From Felis catus (taxonomy: Eukaryota), in contig NC_058368.1 of NCBI RefSeq assembly GCF_018350175.1, positions 134,728,001-134,792,000 of the forward strand: a stretch of DNA of 64,000 nucleotides. Reading direction: 5' to 3'. Position numbers and translations under genes: made by a program. The notes under the pieces are model-generated. The model saw only the letters and a program-made list of their open reading frames with translations. It did not search any database and was not told the DNA's origin. Of the stretch, positions 24,915-38,100 are shown piece after piece; positions within the stretch are counted from its first letter, which is position 1, and each line of letters opens with the position of its first letter.

Positions 24915-27095
24915 GACAAATCAATCCAAGTGATATATCAACAAGAAAAGGATAAAAATCATGATTATTTCAATAGATGTAGAAAAAGCATTTGGCAAAG
25001 TACAGCATCCATTCATGATAAAAATCCTCAAGAAAGTAGATTTAGAGGGAACATACTTCAACATAACAAAAGCCATATATGAAAAACGCACAGCGTTAGT
25101 TATACTCAATGGGGAAAAACTGAGGGCTTTTCCCCCTGAGATCAGGAATAAGACATGAATGTGCACTCTCACCACTTTCATTCAACATGGTACTAGAAGT
25201 CCTCTCCACAGCAGTCAGACAGCAAAAAGAAAAGGCATCCAAATTGGTAAGGAAAAAGTAAAACTTTGTTTACAGATAACATGATATGTAGAAAAACCCT
25301 TAAGACTCCATCAAAAATCTACTAGAACTGATCAATGAATTCAATAAGATTGCAGGATACAAAACCCACATACAGAAATCTGTTGCATTTCCATACGCTG
25401 ATAGTGAAGTAGCAGAAAGAGAAATTAAGAAAGTTTCATTTACAGTTGCACCAAAAATAGTAAATTACCTAGGATAAACTTAACCAAGGAAGTGAAAGAC
25501 CTGTACTATGAAAACTATAAACATTGATGAAAGAAACTGAAGACAACACAAACAAATGAAAAGACTTCATGCTCCTGGATTTGAAGAGCAAATATTGTTA
25601 AAATGCCCAAAGTACCCAAAGCAATCAACAAATTTAATACAATCCTTATCAAAATACCAATAGCATTTGTCACCAAACTAGAACACACATTCCAAACATT
25701 TGTATGGAACCGCAAAAGACCCCAAATAGCCAAAGCAATCTTGAAAAAGACCAACAAACTGCAGGTACCATAATTTCAGATTTCAAGGTATACTACAAAG
25801 CTGTAGTAATCAAAACAGTATGGTACTGGCACAGAAATAGACACATAGATCAGTGGAACAGAATAGAGAGCCCAGAAATAAACCCATGATTACATTGATC
25901 CATTAATCTTTGACAAAGGAGGCAAGAATATGAAATTGGAAAAAGTGTCTTCAACAAATGATGTTAGGAAAACGGGACACCAACATGCAAAAGAAGGAAA
26001 CTGAACCACTTTTCTTACAAAAGAGACAAAAATAAATTCAAAGTGGATTAAAGACCTAAATGTGAAACCTGAAACTATAAAAATCCTAGAAGAGAGCTCA
26101 TAAAGAGATTTCTCTAACATGAGCCATAGCAACATTTTTCTGGATATGTCTCCTGAGGCAAGAGAAACAAAAGCAAAAATAAACTGTTGGCACTACATCA
26201 AGGTAAAAAGCTACTGCAAAGCAAAGGAAACAATCAACAAAACTAAAAGACTACCTGCTGGATGGGAAAAGGTATTTGTAAATGGCATATCCAATAAAGG
26301 GTTAGTATCCAAAATATATCAAAATTTATGCAACTCAACACCAAAAAAGCAAATAATCTAATTAAAAATGGGCAGCAGACATGAACAGACATGTCTCCAA
26401 AGAAGATACACAGATGGCCAGTGAAGACATGAAAAGATGCTTGCTGTCACTCATCATCAGAGAAATGCAAATCAAATGAGATATCACCTGATACTTGTCA
26501 GAGTGGCTAAAATCAAAAACACAAGAAACAGCAAGTGTTGGCAAGGATGTGGAGAAAAAGGAACCCTCGTGCACTGTTGGTGGGAATGCAAACTGGTGCA
26601 GTCACTTTGGAAAACAGTATGGAGGTTTCTCAAAAAATTAAAAAAAATATTACCCTATAATCCAGTAATTCTGCTAATGGGTAAGAAGTGGTGTATATGT
26701 ATGTGTATACACACACACACACACAATGGAATTGTATTCAGTTATTAAAAAAAAAAAAGAAACCCTGCTATTTGCAGCAACATGGATACATCTACAGAGT
26801 ATAATGCCAAGTGAAATAAGTCATTCAGAGAAAAACAGGTACCATATGATTTCACTCATACATGGAATTCAAGAAGCAAATGAAGAAAAAAAAGAGACAA
26901 ATTAAAAACAGACTCTTAACTATAGGAAATGAACTGATGGCCACCAGAGGAGAGGTAGGTGGGGAGGATGGGTGCACTTATCATGATAAGCGCTGACTGA
27001 TGCATACAATTGTTGAAACTCTATGTTATACAACATATACTGTGATACTCTATGTTAGCTATACTGGAATTAAAATAAAAATAAATAAAAAAAAA
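24915..27095 (+). mobile_element. 5'-truncated LINE-1 (ORF2 RT to 3' UTR and poly-A), frameshifted
   Basis: ORF fragments [18 protein letters not shown] (RT), [51 protein letters not shown] (C-domain); A-tail at ~27072-27095. Confidence 0.97.
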
Positions 27096-28019
27096 TTTTT
27101 AAGGTAACAAAGTGAGTAAAGGCATGAGGCAGTGAGTGAAGGTATGTTCAGACCAGATGTACCCTGGACTAGCTCTGTGCCTTCATCTGTAAAATGCAGG
27201 TATTGGCTCCTATTTTGTTGGATTGGTTTGAGAACAGTCAGAACAAAGTTTGTCCCGTAGTTACTAACTCACAGAAAAACTGTTAGTATCAGGATTTTTA
27301 TTTTGTTTTGTTTTGTTTTAATGTAAACCCTGTGACCTTAAACTCAGGCTTTGCGGTGGTCTTATACCTGAACCTATAAGTGAGTTCTCTACTTAACTTC
27401 TCTTTGGTATTAGGCAGGATTTTAAACTCCTCTCACCCTCACTCTGTGTAATTGTAAAATGTGAATAAGGAATAATAATAATATGACAGTACTAATTAAT
27501 TCGAAAAGTTCTCTGACTTAATAGTTATTAGGAAATTATTAATTTTTTAGGTGTGATAGTGGTGTTAGGTGTGCTAATGGTATTGTTTATTTTTAATGAG
27601 TTATATTTTATTAATCCTAAAATATTCATAAATTATCTGAGATTTGCTTCAAAATAATGGAGCAGTGTGTGGCAGTATGGATAGAAGAAGAGTGGCCTTG
27701 AATTGATGGCTGTCATAATTGAGCGATAAACACACGGGCTCAGCGGAGTGCTCTGTTTTGTGTGTGTGTTTGAGTTTTTCCTCATGAAAAGTTTTTCCTA
27801 AGAGACTATCATTAAGTGAACAGATACATCAGACAGTAGCAGGTAGGCAGTGATGACTCAATAAATGACCGCTAGTAGTGAGCTGTAAACTGATGATTTA
27901 TAGCAATAGTTATTTGACCATCCTATCTATTTTTATTAACCTCAGTAGAATGCTCAGGAACAAAAGCCTAGAGCGAGGCAATGGATTAGTTGCTACATGT
28001 GAGGAAAACCAACCCTTTT

Positions 28020-28470
28020 AAATATTTTTTTTTAACGTTTATTTATTTATTTTTATTTTTTTTAACGTTTATTTATTTTTGAGACAGAGAGAGATAGAGC
28101 ATGAACGGGGGAGGGGCAGAGAGAGAGGGAGACACAGAATCGGAAGCAGACTCCAGGCTCTGAGCCATCAGCCCAGAGCCCGATGCGGGGCTCGAACTCG
28201 CGGACCTCGAGATCGTGACCTGAGCTGAAGTCGGACGCTTAACCGACTGAGCCACCCAGGCGCCCCTAACGTTTATTTATTTTTGAGACAGAGAGAGACA
28301 GAGCATGAACAGGGGAGGGGCAGAGAGAGAGGGAGACACAGAATATGAAACAGGCTCCTGGCTCTGAGCTGTCAGCACAGAGCCTGACGCGGGGCTTGAA
28401 CTCACAGACTGTGGGATCATGACCTGAGCTGAAGTCAGACGCTTAACCGACCAAGCCACCCAGGCGCCCC
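28020..28470 (-). mobile_element. CanSINE (host of a nested copy)
   Basis: Outer TSD gaggaaaaccaa at 28001-28012 and 28471-28482. Confidence 0.95.
28049..28266 (-). mobile_element. Young CanSINE inserted in the tail of another SINE
   Basis: TSD taacgtttatttattt at 28033-28048 and 28267-28282; CpGs retained. Confidence 0.93.
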
Positions 28471-29448
28471 GAGGAAAACCAATACTTTTCAAAAAAGATT
28501 CTTCTGGTGAAGATCCCATTTTTCTCATATTTGGGGTAACACCAACCCACCCTGCCTCCTCTATGAGAGGTTTGCAGTGGTAACTTTCACAGCACTCAGC
28601 CAGTAAAAAACTGGCAGGATTGTTTTTGAATAGTAGGTAGACAGACCCTGGAAAATGGTAGGATTCTCTGTCCACTGTTGAATGGCAGCAGCCATTTTAC
28701 CTTTCTTTCGAGCTTCTATTTTGAGCTTACAGAGTACTGAATAAGGCAGGTATTTGCTTTTATTCATGCAAACATACCTTAACCATCAGATATGTTATTT
28801 TCAGTCACTGAACCTTGAAGAACTGAATGTGAACTTCAGTCAGTAATGTGCGGTCAGTTTTAATTTGGACACTCCTAAGTATTGGAGGAGTAGGGATTTG
28901 GAAATACTTCCTTCAAAGAAAAGTTTTCCCCTTAACTTATTTTTACCCTTCCCACCTCTGTCTCCATGGAAATGGGGCCAGAGGCCACAGGGAGCTCACA
29001 GGGAGCCAGCAGCTGAGAATGAGAATTCTCCCTTACAGTTTTCAACTGAAAGCTATAAACTCCTTTGCAAAGACCAGCTGAGTCTTCTGGCTACTGTAGG
29101 CTCTGGTTTTTTACACTGATAAATAAGCTGCATTTTTTTTTCCTACGTGGAGGAGTAGTAAAAACCATTTTTTCATATATACTTGAATTGTTTTGTGCAA
29201 TAAATCGGGTGTAGAGACATTCCTTAAGAAATTATTTTCAACTTGAAATTTTTAAGTGATAGTGTACATTTGGAATCAGCAATTATCCCTAGTGGAATCT
29301 CTGTCCTTCCAAGCTTATGACAGTACCGGATGTTTGAGGAAACACATGTGTGAACTTACTCATTGCATGTTATCAGCTGTAAATGATTCCATCTAATGGA
29401 ATAAAACCTTAGCACCGTTCAAAATCATTTGAATAAAAATAAAAATCT

Positions 29449-29668
29449 GGGGGCACCTGGGTGGTTCAGTAGGTTGAGCGACCGATTTCAGCTCAGGTCA
29501 TGATCTCACAGCTCGTGAGTTCGAGCCCCACGTTGGGCTCTGTGCCAACAGCTCAGAGCCTGGAGCCTACTTCGGATTCTGTGTGTGTGTGTGTCTCTCT
29601 CTGCCCCTAACCCACTCGCATTCTGTCTCTGTCTCTCTCAAAAATAAATAAACATTAAAAAAATTTTT
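29449..29668 (+). mobile_element. CanSINE
   Basis: Full head, body and tail; TSD aataaaaa..aaaaatct. Confidence 0.96.
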
Positions 29669-31134
29669 AATAAAAAACAAAAATCTCAAGATTATGGGCA
29701 TTCAGTACCAATCCACAGAATGTTTTGTGAATTAAAATATAATTTGCCATTGGTTCCTTGTTTTCCTTGAGCTGTTAATATTATTTCATGTTATTTGAAC
29801 TTGAAGTATTAGGTTTACTTTCTTGAATCTTTTGAAAATGTCTGAGAAGGTTGCATACTCCAGTATGCCAAATATTTTGTTATTTGTATACATTATACAT
29901 TATTGGTTTATTCATTAGCAGCTGAGTAATTACTGAAATGATATGAACTGTAAATAAAGGTTCAAAAAGCCCTAGTAGGTCCTTATTAAATTTGGACCTC
30001 AGATGTTATTCTTTTTCTTTTTTTTTTTAATATTCTTTTTCTTTCTATGCCATGCATCTTTATGTTTCAAAGTTTATAGACTCAGCATTATTCCTGAGCG
30101 CTTTTGCAAAATTTCATCATTACTGTTACATAAAACATTCAATGATTACTCTTAATCATTAATCACACAACGGCTCTGAATTTTCCAGAATTTAGTTCGA
30201 GTAAACATCAGAACCACAGCACCTCTCTTGGGGGCTTTAATAGCTTTTTCTTTCCTTCTCTCTGTTTCTTTCTCTCTCTCTCTTGATTTTGTGGCCAGGA
30301 GTCTAACCAAGTTGCATTTATTCCTTAGTGTTGGCTTTGTCTCTTGGCCCCTTGCATGTCTGTGCTGAGCCCTCTCTGTCCTGGGTTGAGCCCTTCTTCC
30401 ACTTTCCTTTGCTCTCAGAGTGAACCAGAACATCGTGTTCTGAAGCTGCCCCAGCACACATGCTTCATCACGTCTGCCAAGTTTGCAGCTGACCAATTGG
30501 CCTACTTTAGAGGGCTTGCATTTATAAAATTTACAACCCTTTATTCCCATCTCCCAGTCACCCCTCCTCCCTCCCCCCTCCCCAAAAAGAGTGTGCCAAA
30601 TGTACTGATAAATCAAGAGTCCTTTGGTTTTGTTGCAACAAAATGGGCAGTCATTTCTTTTCCCTTCCTTGGCTCTCGGCCTTGCCATTCCCTCCTGAAT
30701 TGATGGAAAATAGCGATTGATGTGTTGTTACAAAGACATTCAATAGTGACCGCCTCTGTATTAATAACTAATTTTAAAAGAAACGTACTCACAAAATGAT
30801 ACACTTTGCAGTTTCTGGAACGCCACATTTCTGAAGTAATCACCTTCCAAAAAAGCAATCCAGGCCAATTTGCCTTCTTCCAGGTTAGGAAGACAGAATG
30901 GAGACTTGCTTTTTCACTGAAGTCAGGTCAGGCAGGTCTTTTGCATTTATCCATTTTCAGTAGTCCTTATTGGCATTTGAATCTTCTAAGTTTCTTTAAT
31001 AGACTCAAGACCCAGTATGAGAGGGTGAGGATTTAATGGGGTGAAGAAAAACTGTGGGAATTGATTCCTCAAGATATTAGTGATTTTTTTTTTCATGTCC
31101 TTTGTCCTACTCACCTCTTAAGGAAAAGGAGTTG

Positions 31135-32058
31135 GCAGTCTAGATCCAGATTCTTATGAGGTCTGAAGCTTTTCAAATGTGGAGCCCTGTTTATGAAAGA
31201 GAATAGGAAAGTAGGTTCAAATATATATATCTATTTGAAAGGAAAACAAGAAAGCATAACGAATTACACATTTTAAGGAGCATCTAGAAAAATAGCATTA
31301 TTGTAGCTCTAATGATTTTTGTTACTATTATACCTTCACTGGTTGATCTACCTATGTAATAAATCTTTTCCTTACTTCTCTGGTTTTATCCTCTCTGATC
31401 CTTCTTCACGCGGTAAAAGTTTTATACTACCATTTTGTGAAGAGAGAAAGATAATTTTGTCTTCTGGCATAGTAGATAGAAATATGTTTTTCGTTATGGA
31501 TGGTTTAGAAAAGGTTCTTTCAGCTTCAGAACTTGTTGGTCATGCCACAGCTGAAATAATTTCTTACTCTGGAGGTGCCTCCTGTCCTAGGAAAAGCCCT
31601 TTGAGGCTTCAGACCTTTGATGTCACTGGACCTTTGCCTCCACAGCTGGCCCAGCTCAGCCAGGTCCAGCATCCTGTTAGTAGTCCTGGGCAGGGGAAAG
31701 GAGTTTTCAGAGCACAAGGGGCTCCTGTTGGAGCCTTCTTCTGGAGGCTGGTGAAGGTGGAGACGCATCTTAATTAGAATCTTCTCCTGGGTACCGAGGT
31801 TGGGCTGCAGATACTTGCAGAGGCCCCACATAGTATAGGATGTCACTAGGGGCCAGCAAAAGCAGTCAGCTTTCCACCAGCCCACTGACATCGTCTAGAG
31901 ACCCAGGATATAGAGGGCACTGCCCTAGTTGGGCAGCCCACCAAGCACCCAGATGAGCCCCAAATTTCAGAGGAAGATAACTATACTTTAGAAGGGGCCC
32001 ATGAAAGTAAGCAACTATGAAGCTCAAAGTTCATCAGTTTTACTAAGAATCCATCTCT
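31135..32058. mobile_element. Probable Zaphod-like hAT-Tip100 fossil
   Basis: End ggggccccatgaaagt...tgaagctcaaagttcatcag...aatccatctct resembles a Zaphod terminus. Confidence 0.4.
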
Positions 32059-33396
32059 ACATTCCATACCCGGCACATAATGGACATTTCCTGGCCAAAG
32101 TGACCTCTACTTAATACACTTAATATTGTGGGCTCCACAGGCAGGTTCACGGCTCTTATCTTTATCATTTACAGCAGTACCTAGCACACGATTGGTTGCT
32201 AAATGAATGAGAAGGCCCTTTCTCAGAGTATTTTTCCATCTGTAGGGGGGACCAAACTTAGCTACCAATGCTTTTTTGTTTTTCTGGGTTAAAACAGGCC
32301 GACCAACAGGAAACTACTTGGATATTGTTCACTTTTAATGTCTTCATCTACCCTTGAGATACGCTTTCTTACATCATCCAACCTCCCCCTCCCCCACCCC
32401 ACCACAATGGGTGGCAGGAGGGACTTTAAAGCATAGTTCAAACATCATGTCATATTCTTTTCCTTTTGAGTGCATGTTTTGTTGCTGCCCAGATAGTCAA
32501 ATGTCAAGACTTTCAGACTGGAATGCTTCCAGTTACACTATAATGCCTGAGCTTTTTCAGGGGAAAAAGCGATTTACTGATTTCTTAAACATTGAGGCGA
32601 AGATATTGGGAGTTTTTTTTAAAAACAAGAACCTGTTTTCTTCTTGTTTCTTGAAGATTTTGAAATGCTAACCCCTGGGAAGAAAATAAGAGAGTTAATC
32701 TGTAGATGATTGTTGCCTTGCCATTTCCTGAGCTCGTAGGTCACAATGTGAACATCTCAAATGGATAGTGAGCAGGGGTGAAGAGAAGACACGAAATCCA
32801 TAGGCCACCTAGAATCTCATAGCTAGGAGTGACCTAATGTAATCTACTTCTTTATTAGGAAACTGACACTCAAAGATCAATGAATTGCCCTGAGTTATAG
32901 TCAAGAGTGGCATTAATCAGAAGTTCTGTTGGGACAGCATAATAAAGTTCTTCCTTAAAATAAATTTTGGAACTTTTTCTGTCTCTTACTTTCACCCCCC
33001 TATCAGTTCTTAACTCTACTAGTGTAATAACCATGATTAATTATGTCTGCATCAGTAATTTTTCAAAGCCCAATATTTTGTAATAAGGCTCCCCAGGAGA
33101 CCAGGAGAATCAGGGATGTTACCTTGGAGGAACGTGACTTTGGCATGGTGCTAAGCACTTAGTGGGCATTTGAAGAACACTTAATGAAACAAATTGAGTG
33201 CAATGAACCCTTTTTTGTAATTCCCTGTACGGTGCTGCAAAATGCAGCACTTGCGATTAATTTATAATTTTGTTTAATAAGCATTTATTCGACCACTGCT
33301 CCAAATCAGACACTTTGCTCAGAGGAGCCTATGTTGATAAGAGGTGGTCCCTGCCTTCCAAGAGATCACCATTCAGTAGGGAAGACAGATTCATAA

Positions 33397-33970
33397 TGTA
33401 TCAGTTTGTATTGCTGTGTAACAAATCATAAATTTGGCAGCTGGAAACAGTACCCTTTTGTTAGCTCACAGTTCTGCAGGCAGAAGTCTGGATACAGCAC
33501 AGGTGGGTTCTCTGGACTAACATCATGGTTTCAAGTGGGCTACATTCTCGTCTAGAGCTGGGATCTTAGGCCAAACTCGTGTGCTTGTGACAGAATTCAT
33601 TCCCTTATGGTTATAAGACTGAAAGTCCTTGCAGGTTGTCAGCCAGGGGCTGGTCTCCAATCCTACAGGGTGCTTGCATTCCTTGCCACGTGGCCCCCTC
33701 CATCTCCAGGCTGGCAGTCTCCCAGGCATCAAATCCCTTTCATATGTTGTCTCTTTTCAAAGCTGACCTGATCAGATAGGTCAGTGCAACCAATGGGTGA
33801 TATTTTTATTTTAAGGTGAACCAGTTTGGACATCTGTAAAATCCCTTCTGTCAATAGTGTTTTGTAATCAAGGAGTAACACCTCCTCACATTTCACAGGT
33901 CCTTACACAGAATGGGAGGGAATCATACACGGGGCTTATTGGTGGTTGTCTTAGAATTCTGTCTACCCCA
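33397..33970 (-). mobile_element. MaLR solo LTR (MLT1-type)
   Basis: tattgctgtgtaacaaatc...agctcacagttctg...ccttgccacgtggccccctccatct...ttagaattctgtctacc. Confidence 0.85.
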
Positions 33971-34160
33971 TGTAACAAAAAAGTTACTGTCTGCCAGAGT
34001 AAATGATATATTAAATGATACATTAAAGATCCCTACAATGAGCCATAGGAATCCAGAGAACACAACAAGTAACTCTGCCTAGTGGAATGGATAGAGTAGG
34101 GTACGAGAAGAGGTAAAGTTTGAGCTGTTCAGGAAGAAATGAATAAGAGTGCAACAGGTA

Positions 34161-34362
34161 GGGTGCCTGGGTGGCTCAGTGGGTGAAGTGTCTGACTTCA
34201 ATTCAGGTCATGATCTCACAGTTCAGGAGTTCGAGCCCCACGTCAGGCTCTGTGCTGACAGTTTAGAGCCTGGAGCCTGCTTTGGCTTATGTGTCTCCTT
34301 CTCTCTCTCTTGCCCTCCCCTCAAAAAGAAATCAACATTTTTTTAAAAAATAAAAATTAAAA
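34161..34362 (+). mobile_element. CanSINE
   Basis: TSD aag(a/g)gtgc(a/t)acaggtag. Confidence 0.96.
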
Positions 34363-34799
34363 AAGGGTGCTACAGGTAGAGAAAGGGCAGGCTCTTACAT
34401 TCAGAAGTGTCTGTTTTATTTCTTCCTTCAGCTCATGGAATATACCCCTTTTGGGGACCCACTCCTTTGAGAAATATTTTGATTCAATATCTAATTCATG
34501 AGCATATTATATAATCTGGAACCTCTCACCCACCTTATTCTTGGCTATTAGAGGTTTTAAAAATATAAAGTTATTTATTAGACAATTAGGGAAACCTGAA
34601 TGCTGATCTTATAATAAGGAACTATTCATTTTTAGGTGTGATAATGGTGTCATGGATTTTTAAGAAGAGTATATCTTAGAAATACATAGTAGACGTGTTG
34701 GTAAATGGAATGGTATGTCTTGAAAAAAATTAAAATAATAAAATTTGATTTTTTAAAAAAATTTTTAGGTCTTTGAAGATGAGCATGTGCACATGTGTG

Positions 34800-34800
34800 C

Positions 34801-34843
<43 letters not shown>
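34800..34843. repeat. (CA)n microsatellite
   Basis: CA run. Confidence 0.97.
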
Positions 34844-34846
<3 letters not shown>

Positions 34847-35034
34847 ACAATTGGTATTTTATAACTGACTTCGGTTAACTTCTCTCATATTTTTCTCTTT
34901 TGCTTATTCTACCCTTTTATATTAGAGTTGATCAGAGGCGTATTAATAAAGAGGTTTTTGTTTTAAGCAGCAGAATCTGACTCTTTTTTATTCAAAGAAA
35001 TACAAATGAAAATTACTGGAAGAGTACTCATTGT

Positions 35035-35143
35035 CTGATTGCCCTAACTAGTCTCCATAGATGGCCCACAATGAATCATGCCTCCTAGTGTTCATGACCT
35101 TATGTAGGTCCACACTGAATATGGGCTGGCCCTCTGACTCTCT
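35035..35143 (+). mobile_element. MLT1 LTR 5' part, cut by L1
   Basis: agatggcccacaatgaatcatgcctcc...gggctggccc..tgactc; an MLT1-like 3' piece resumes at ~39035-39190. Confidence 0.6.
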
Positions 35144-35144
35144 T

Positions 35145-38100
35145 TGTTGTTATTTATTTTCTAGTTTTTGAGATATGGCTGACATAACCTTCTATACATT
35201 TAAGGCTTACAAAATACTAATTTGATATATGTATATATTACAAAATGATTATCGCAATAGGGTTAAAGTCCATCTCCTCACATAGTTACAATTTTTTTCC
35301 TTGCAATAACTTTTAAGCTCTATTATCTTGGCAACTTTCAAACCTACAATACAGTATTGATAATATACTCACCACACTGTACATTATGCTCCTAAAATTT
35401 ATTTATCCTATAAGTGGAAGTCTGTACCTTTTGAGCACCTTCACTTAATCCCCCAAACCTTCAACTCTGCCTCTGACAACAGCAATGCGTTCTGTTTCTC
35501 TGCTTTCATTTTTATTTAGATTCCACATAGAAATGAGATCGTATAGTATTTGTTTCTATGTCTGGCTTAACTTCACTTAGCATGATGTTCTCAAAGCCCA
35601 TCCATGTTGCCACAAAAGGCAGAGTATCCTTTTTTATGGCTGAGTAGTATTCCAGTGTATATGTGTATATGCACCAAATCTTTTTCTTCCTTTTTTTTTC
35701 ATATTGAGATATACTTGACATAATAGTTGAGGGTATACAACATGATGGTATAGTATATGTATATATTACAATAGGATCACCACAATGACTCTAATGGACA
35801 TCCATCACCACACATACTTAGAATTTTTTTTGTTACCATGAAAACTTGGTGAGATACACTCTCCTAGCAACTTTCAAATATACAACACAGTATTACTAAC
35901 ACAGTATTATTAACTGTAGTATTATTATGCTGTACATTATATGCCATGACTTACTTATTTTAGAGCTGGGAGTTGTACTTCTTAACCCTTTTTATCCATT
36001 TCCCCCACTCCCAGCCCCCTGCTATTCATCAGCAATGAATTCTCTGTATCCACGAATTTATTTTAGTTTGGTTTTTTGTCTGTCTTTCTCGGTCTGACTT
36101 ATTTTCATTTAACATGAGGCCTCCAGTGTCTGTCTATGTCGCCACAAGTGGCAAGATTTCCTTCTTTTTTGAGCGTGACTAGTATTCTATTATGTATGTG
36201 TGTGTATATACTCACACCACATTTTCTTTGTCATTGATCTGTTGATGGACACTTAGGTTGGTTCCATATTTTGGTTCTCATAAATAATGCTGTAGTGAAC
36301 ATGGGGATGCATCGCTTCCCGGCCTTTTGGCTAAGATCAAGTGTGAACATGGGGATGCATGTATCTTTTTCATTTAGCGTTCTTGTTTCTTTTGGGTAAA
36401 TATCCAGAACTGGAATTGCTGGATCATATGGTAGTTCTACTTTTAATTATTGGAGGAACCTCTATACTGGCTTCCAGAGGGGCTGCACCAGTTTTACATT
36501 CTCGCCAACGGTGCACAGGGGGTCCCTTTTCTCCACATCCTTGCCAACACTTGTTATTTCTTGCTTTTGACACGAGCTGTTCTGACTGGTATGAGGTGAT
36601 CTCTCACCTGGTTGTGATTTGCATTTCCCTGATGATTGGTCGTGTTGAGCACCTTTTTGTGTATATATTGGCCATCTGTCTTCTTTGGAAACTTTTCTAT
36701 TCAGATCCTCTGACCACTTTTTAGTTTAGATTGTTTGTTTTGCTGTTGAGTTGTATAAGTTCTTTATGTATTTTGGACATAAACCCCTTATCAGATAAAT
36801 GATCTGCAAATATTTTATTCCGTTCCATTTTTACTTTGATGGTCTCCTTTGCTGTGTACTAGCTTTTTAGTTTGATGGAGTCCCACTTGTTTATTTTTGC
36901 TTCTGTTGCCTTTGCTTTAGGTGTCAAATCCAAAAACTTACTGTCAAGACCATTATCAAAGGGTTTACCACCAATTTTTTCTTCTAGGAGTTTTATGGTT
37001 TCAGGTCTTATGGTCAAGTCTTTAATCCACGTTAAGTTGAAGTTTGTGTATGATGTAAGACACCATGTGGTGTCTTTTCATGTGGCTGCCCAGTTTTCCC
37101 GGCACCGTTTATTGAAGAGACTGCTTTTTCACCATCGTATTTTCTTGGCTCCCTTGTCAAAAATTAATTGACCATATATGTGTGGGTGTATTTCTGGGCT
37201 TCTGTTCCATTCATCTGTTCATTGGTTTTCATGTTAATACCATACTGTTTTGATTACTGTAACCTTGTAATATAATTGAAATCACAAAGCATGCTTCCTG
37301 CTTTGTTCTTCTTTCTCAAGATTACTTTGGCTACTTAGGGTCTTTTATGGTTCCATGCAAATTTTAGGATTTTTTTCATTCTATTTCAGTGAAAAATGCC
37401 ATTGGAATTTTGATAGGGACTGCATTTAACCTGTCGATTGCTTTGGGTAGTATGAACATTTTAACAAGATTAATTCTTCCAATCCTTGAGCATAGAATGT
37501 CTTTCCATTTGTTTGTGTCTTCAGTTTATTTCATCACTATCTTATAGTTCTCACTTCATTGTACAGGTATTTCAGTCCTTGGTTAAATCTCTTCCTAGAT
37601 ATTTTATTCTTTTTGATGCAATGGTAAACAAAATTGTTTTCCTAATTTCTCTTTTTGATAGTTTGTTATTAGTGTATAGAAATACAACTAATTTTTGTAT
37701 GCCAATTTTGTATTGTAGAACTTACTCATTTATCCTAAGAGCTATTTGGTGGAGATGTTAGGGTTTTCTTTATATGATACCACATCATGTGCAAATAGTG
37801 ACAGTGTTACTTACCTCTTCTTTTCTGACTTGGATCCATTTTATTTCTTTTTCTTACCTAATTGCTGTGGCTAGAACTTCCAATAGCTTCCAATACTGTG
37901 TTGAACAAAAGTAGCATCCTTGTCCCTGATTTTAGAGGAAAGGCTCTCAGCTTTTAATGTGGACTATGGTATTAGCTGTGGACTTGTCATCTATACCCTT
38001 TATCATGTTGAGATGCATTCCCTCTATACCTGCTTTGTTGAGAGTTTTTATCATAAATGGGTGTTGAATGTTTTCAGATGTTTTTTCTGTATCTGTTGAG

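Noticed and set aside
24961..26748. Reverse-transcriptase-like ORFs as an active or novel RT system
   Set aside because: Fragmented, frameshifted, 5'-truncated LINE-1 ORF2; the same applies to 36359-39031.
30152..30703. Longest ORFs (178 aa minus, 119 aa plus)
   Set aside because: No recognisable domain, low-complexity derived residues, overlapping antisense ORFs and non-ATG starts.
36311..36344. Functional U2 gene or a U2-targeting retroelement insertion
   Set aside because: Only 34 nt, with no Sm site, PSE or 3' box. The TSD brackets the U2 piece, so U2 was inserted into L1, not the reverse.
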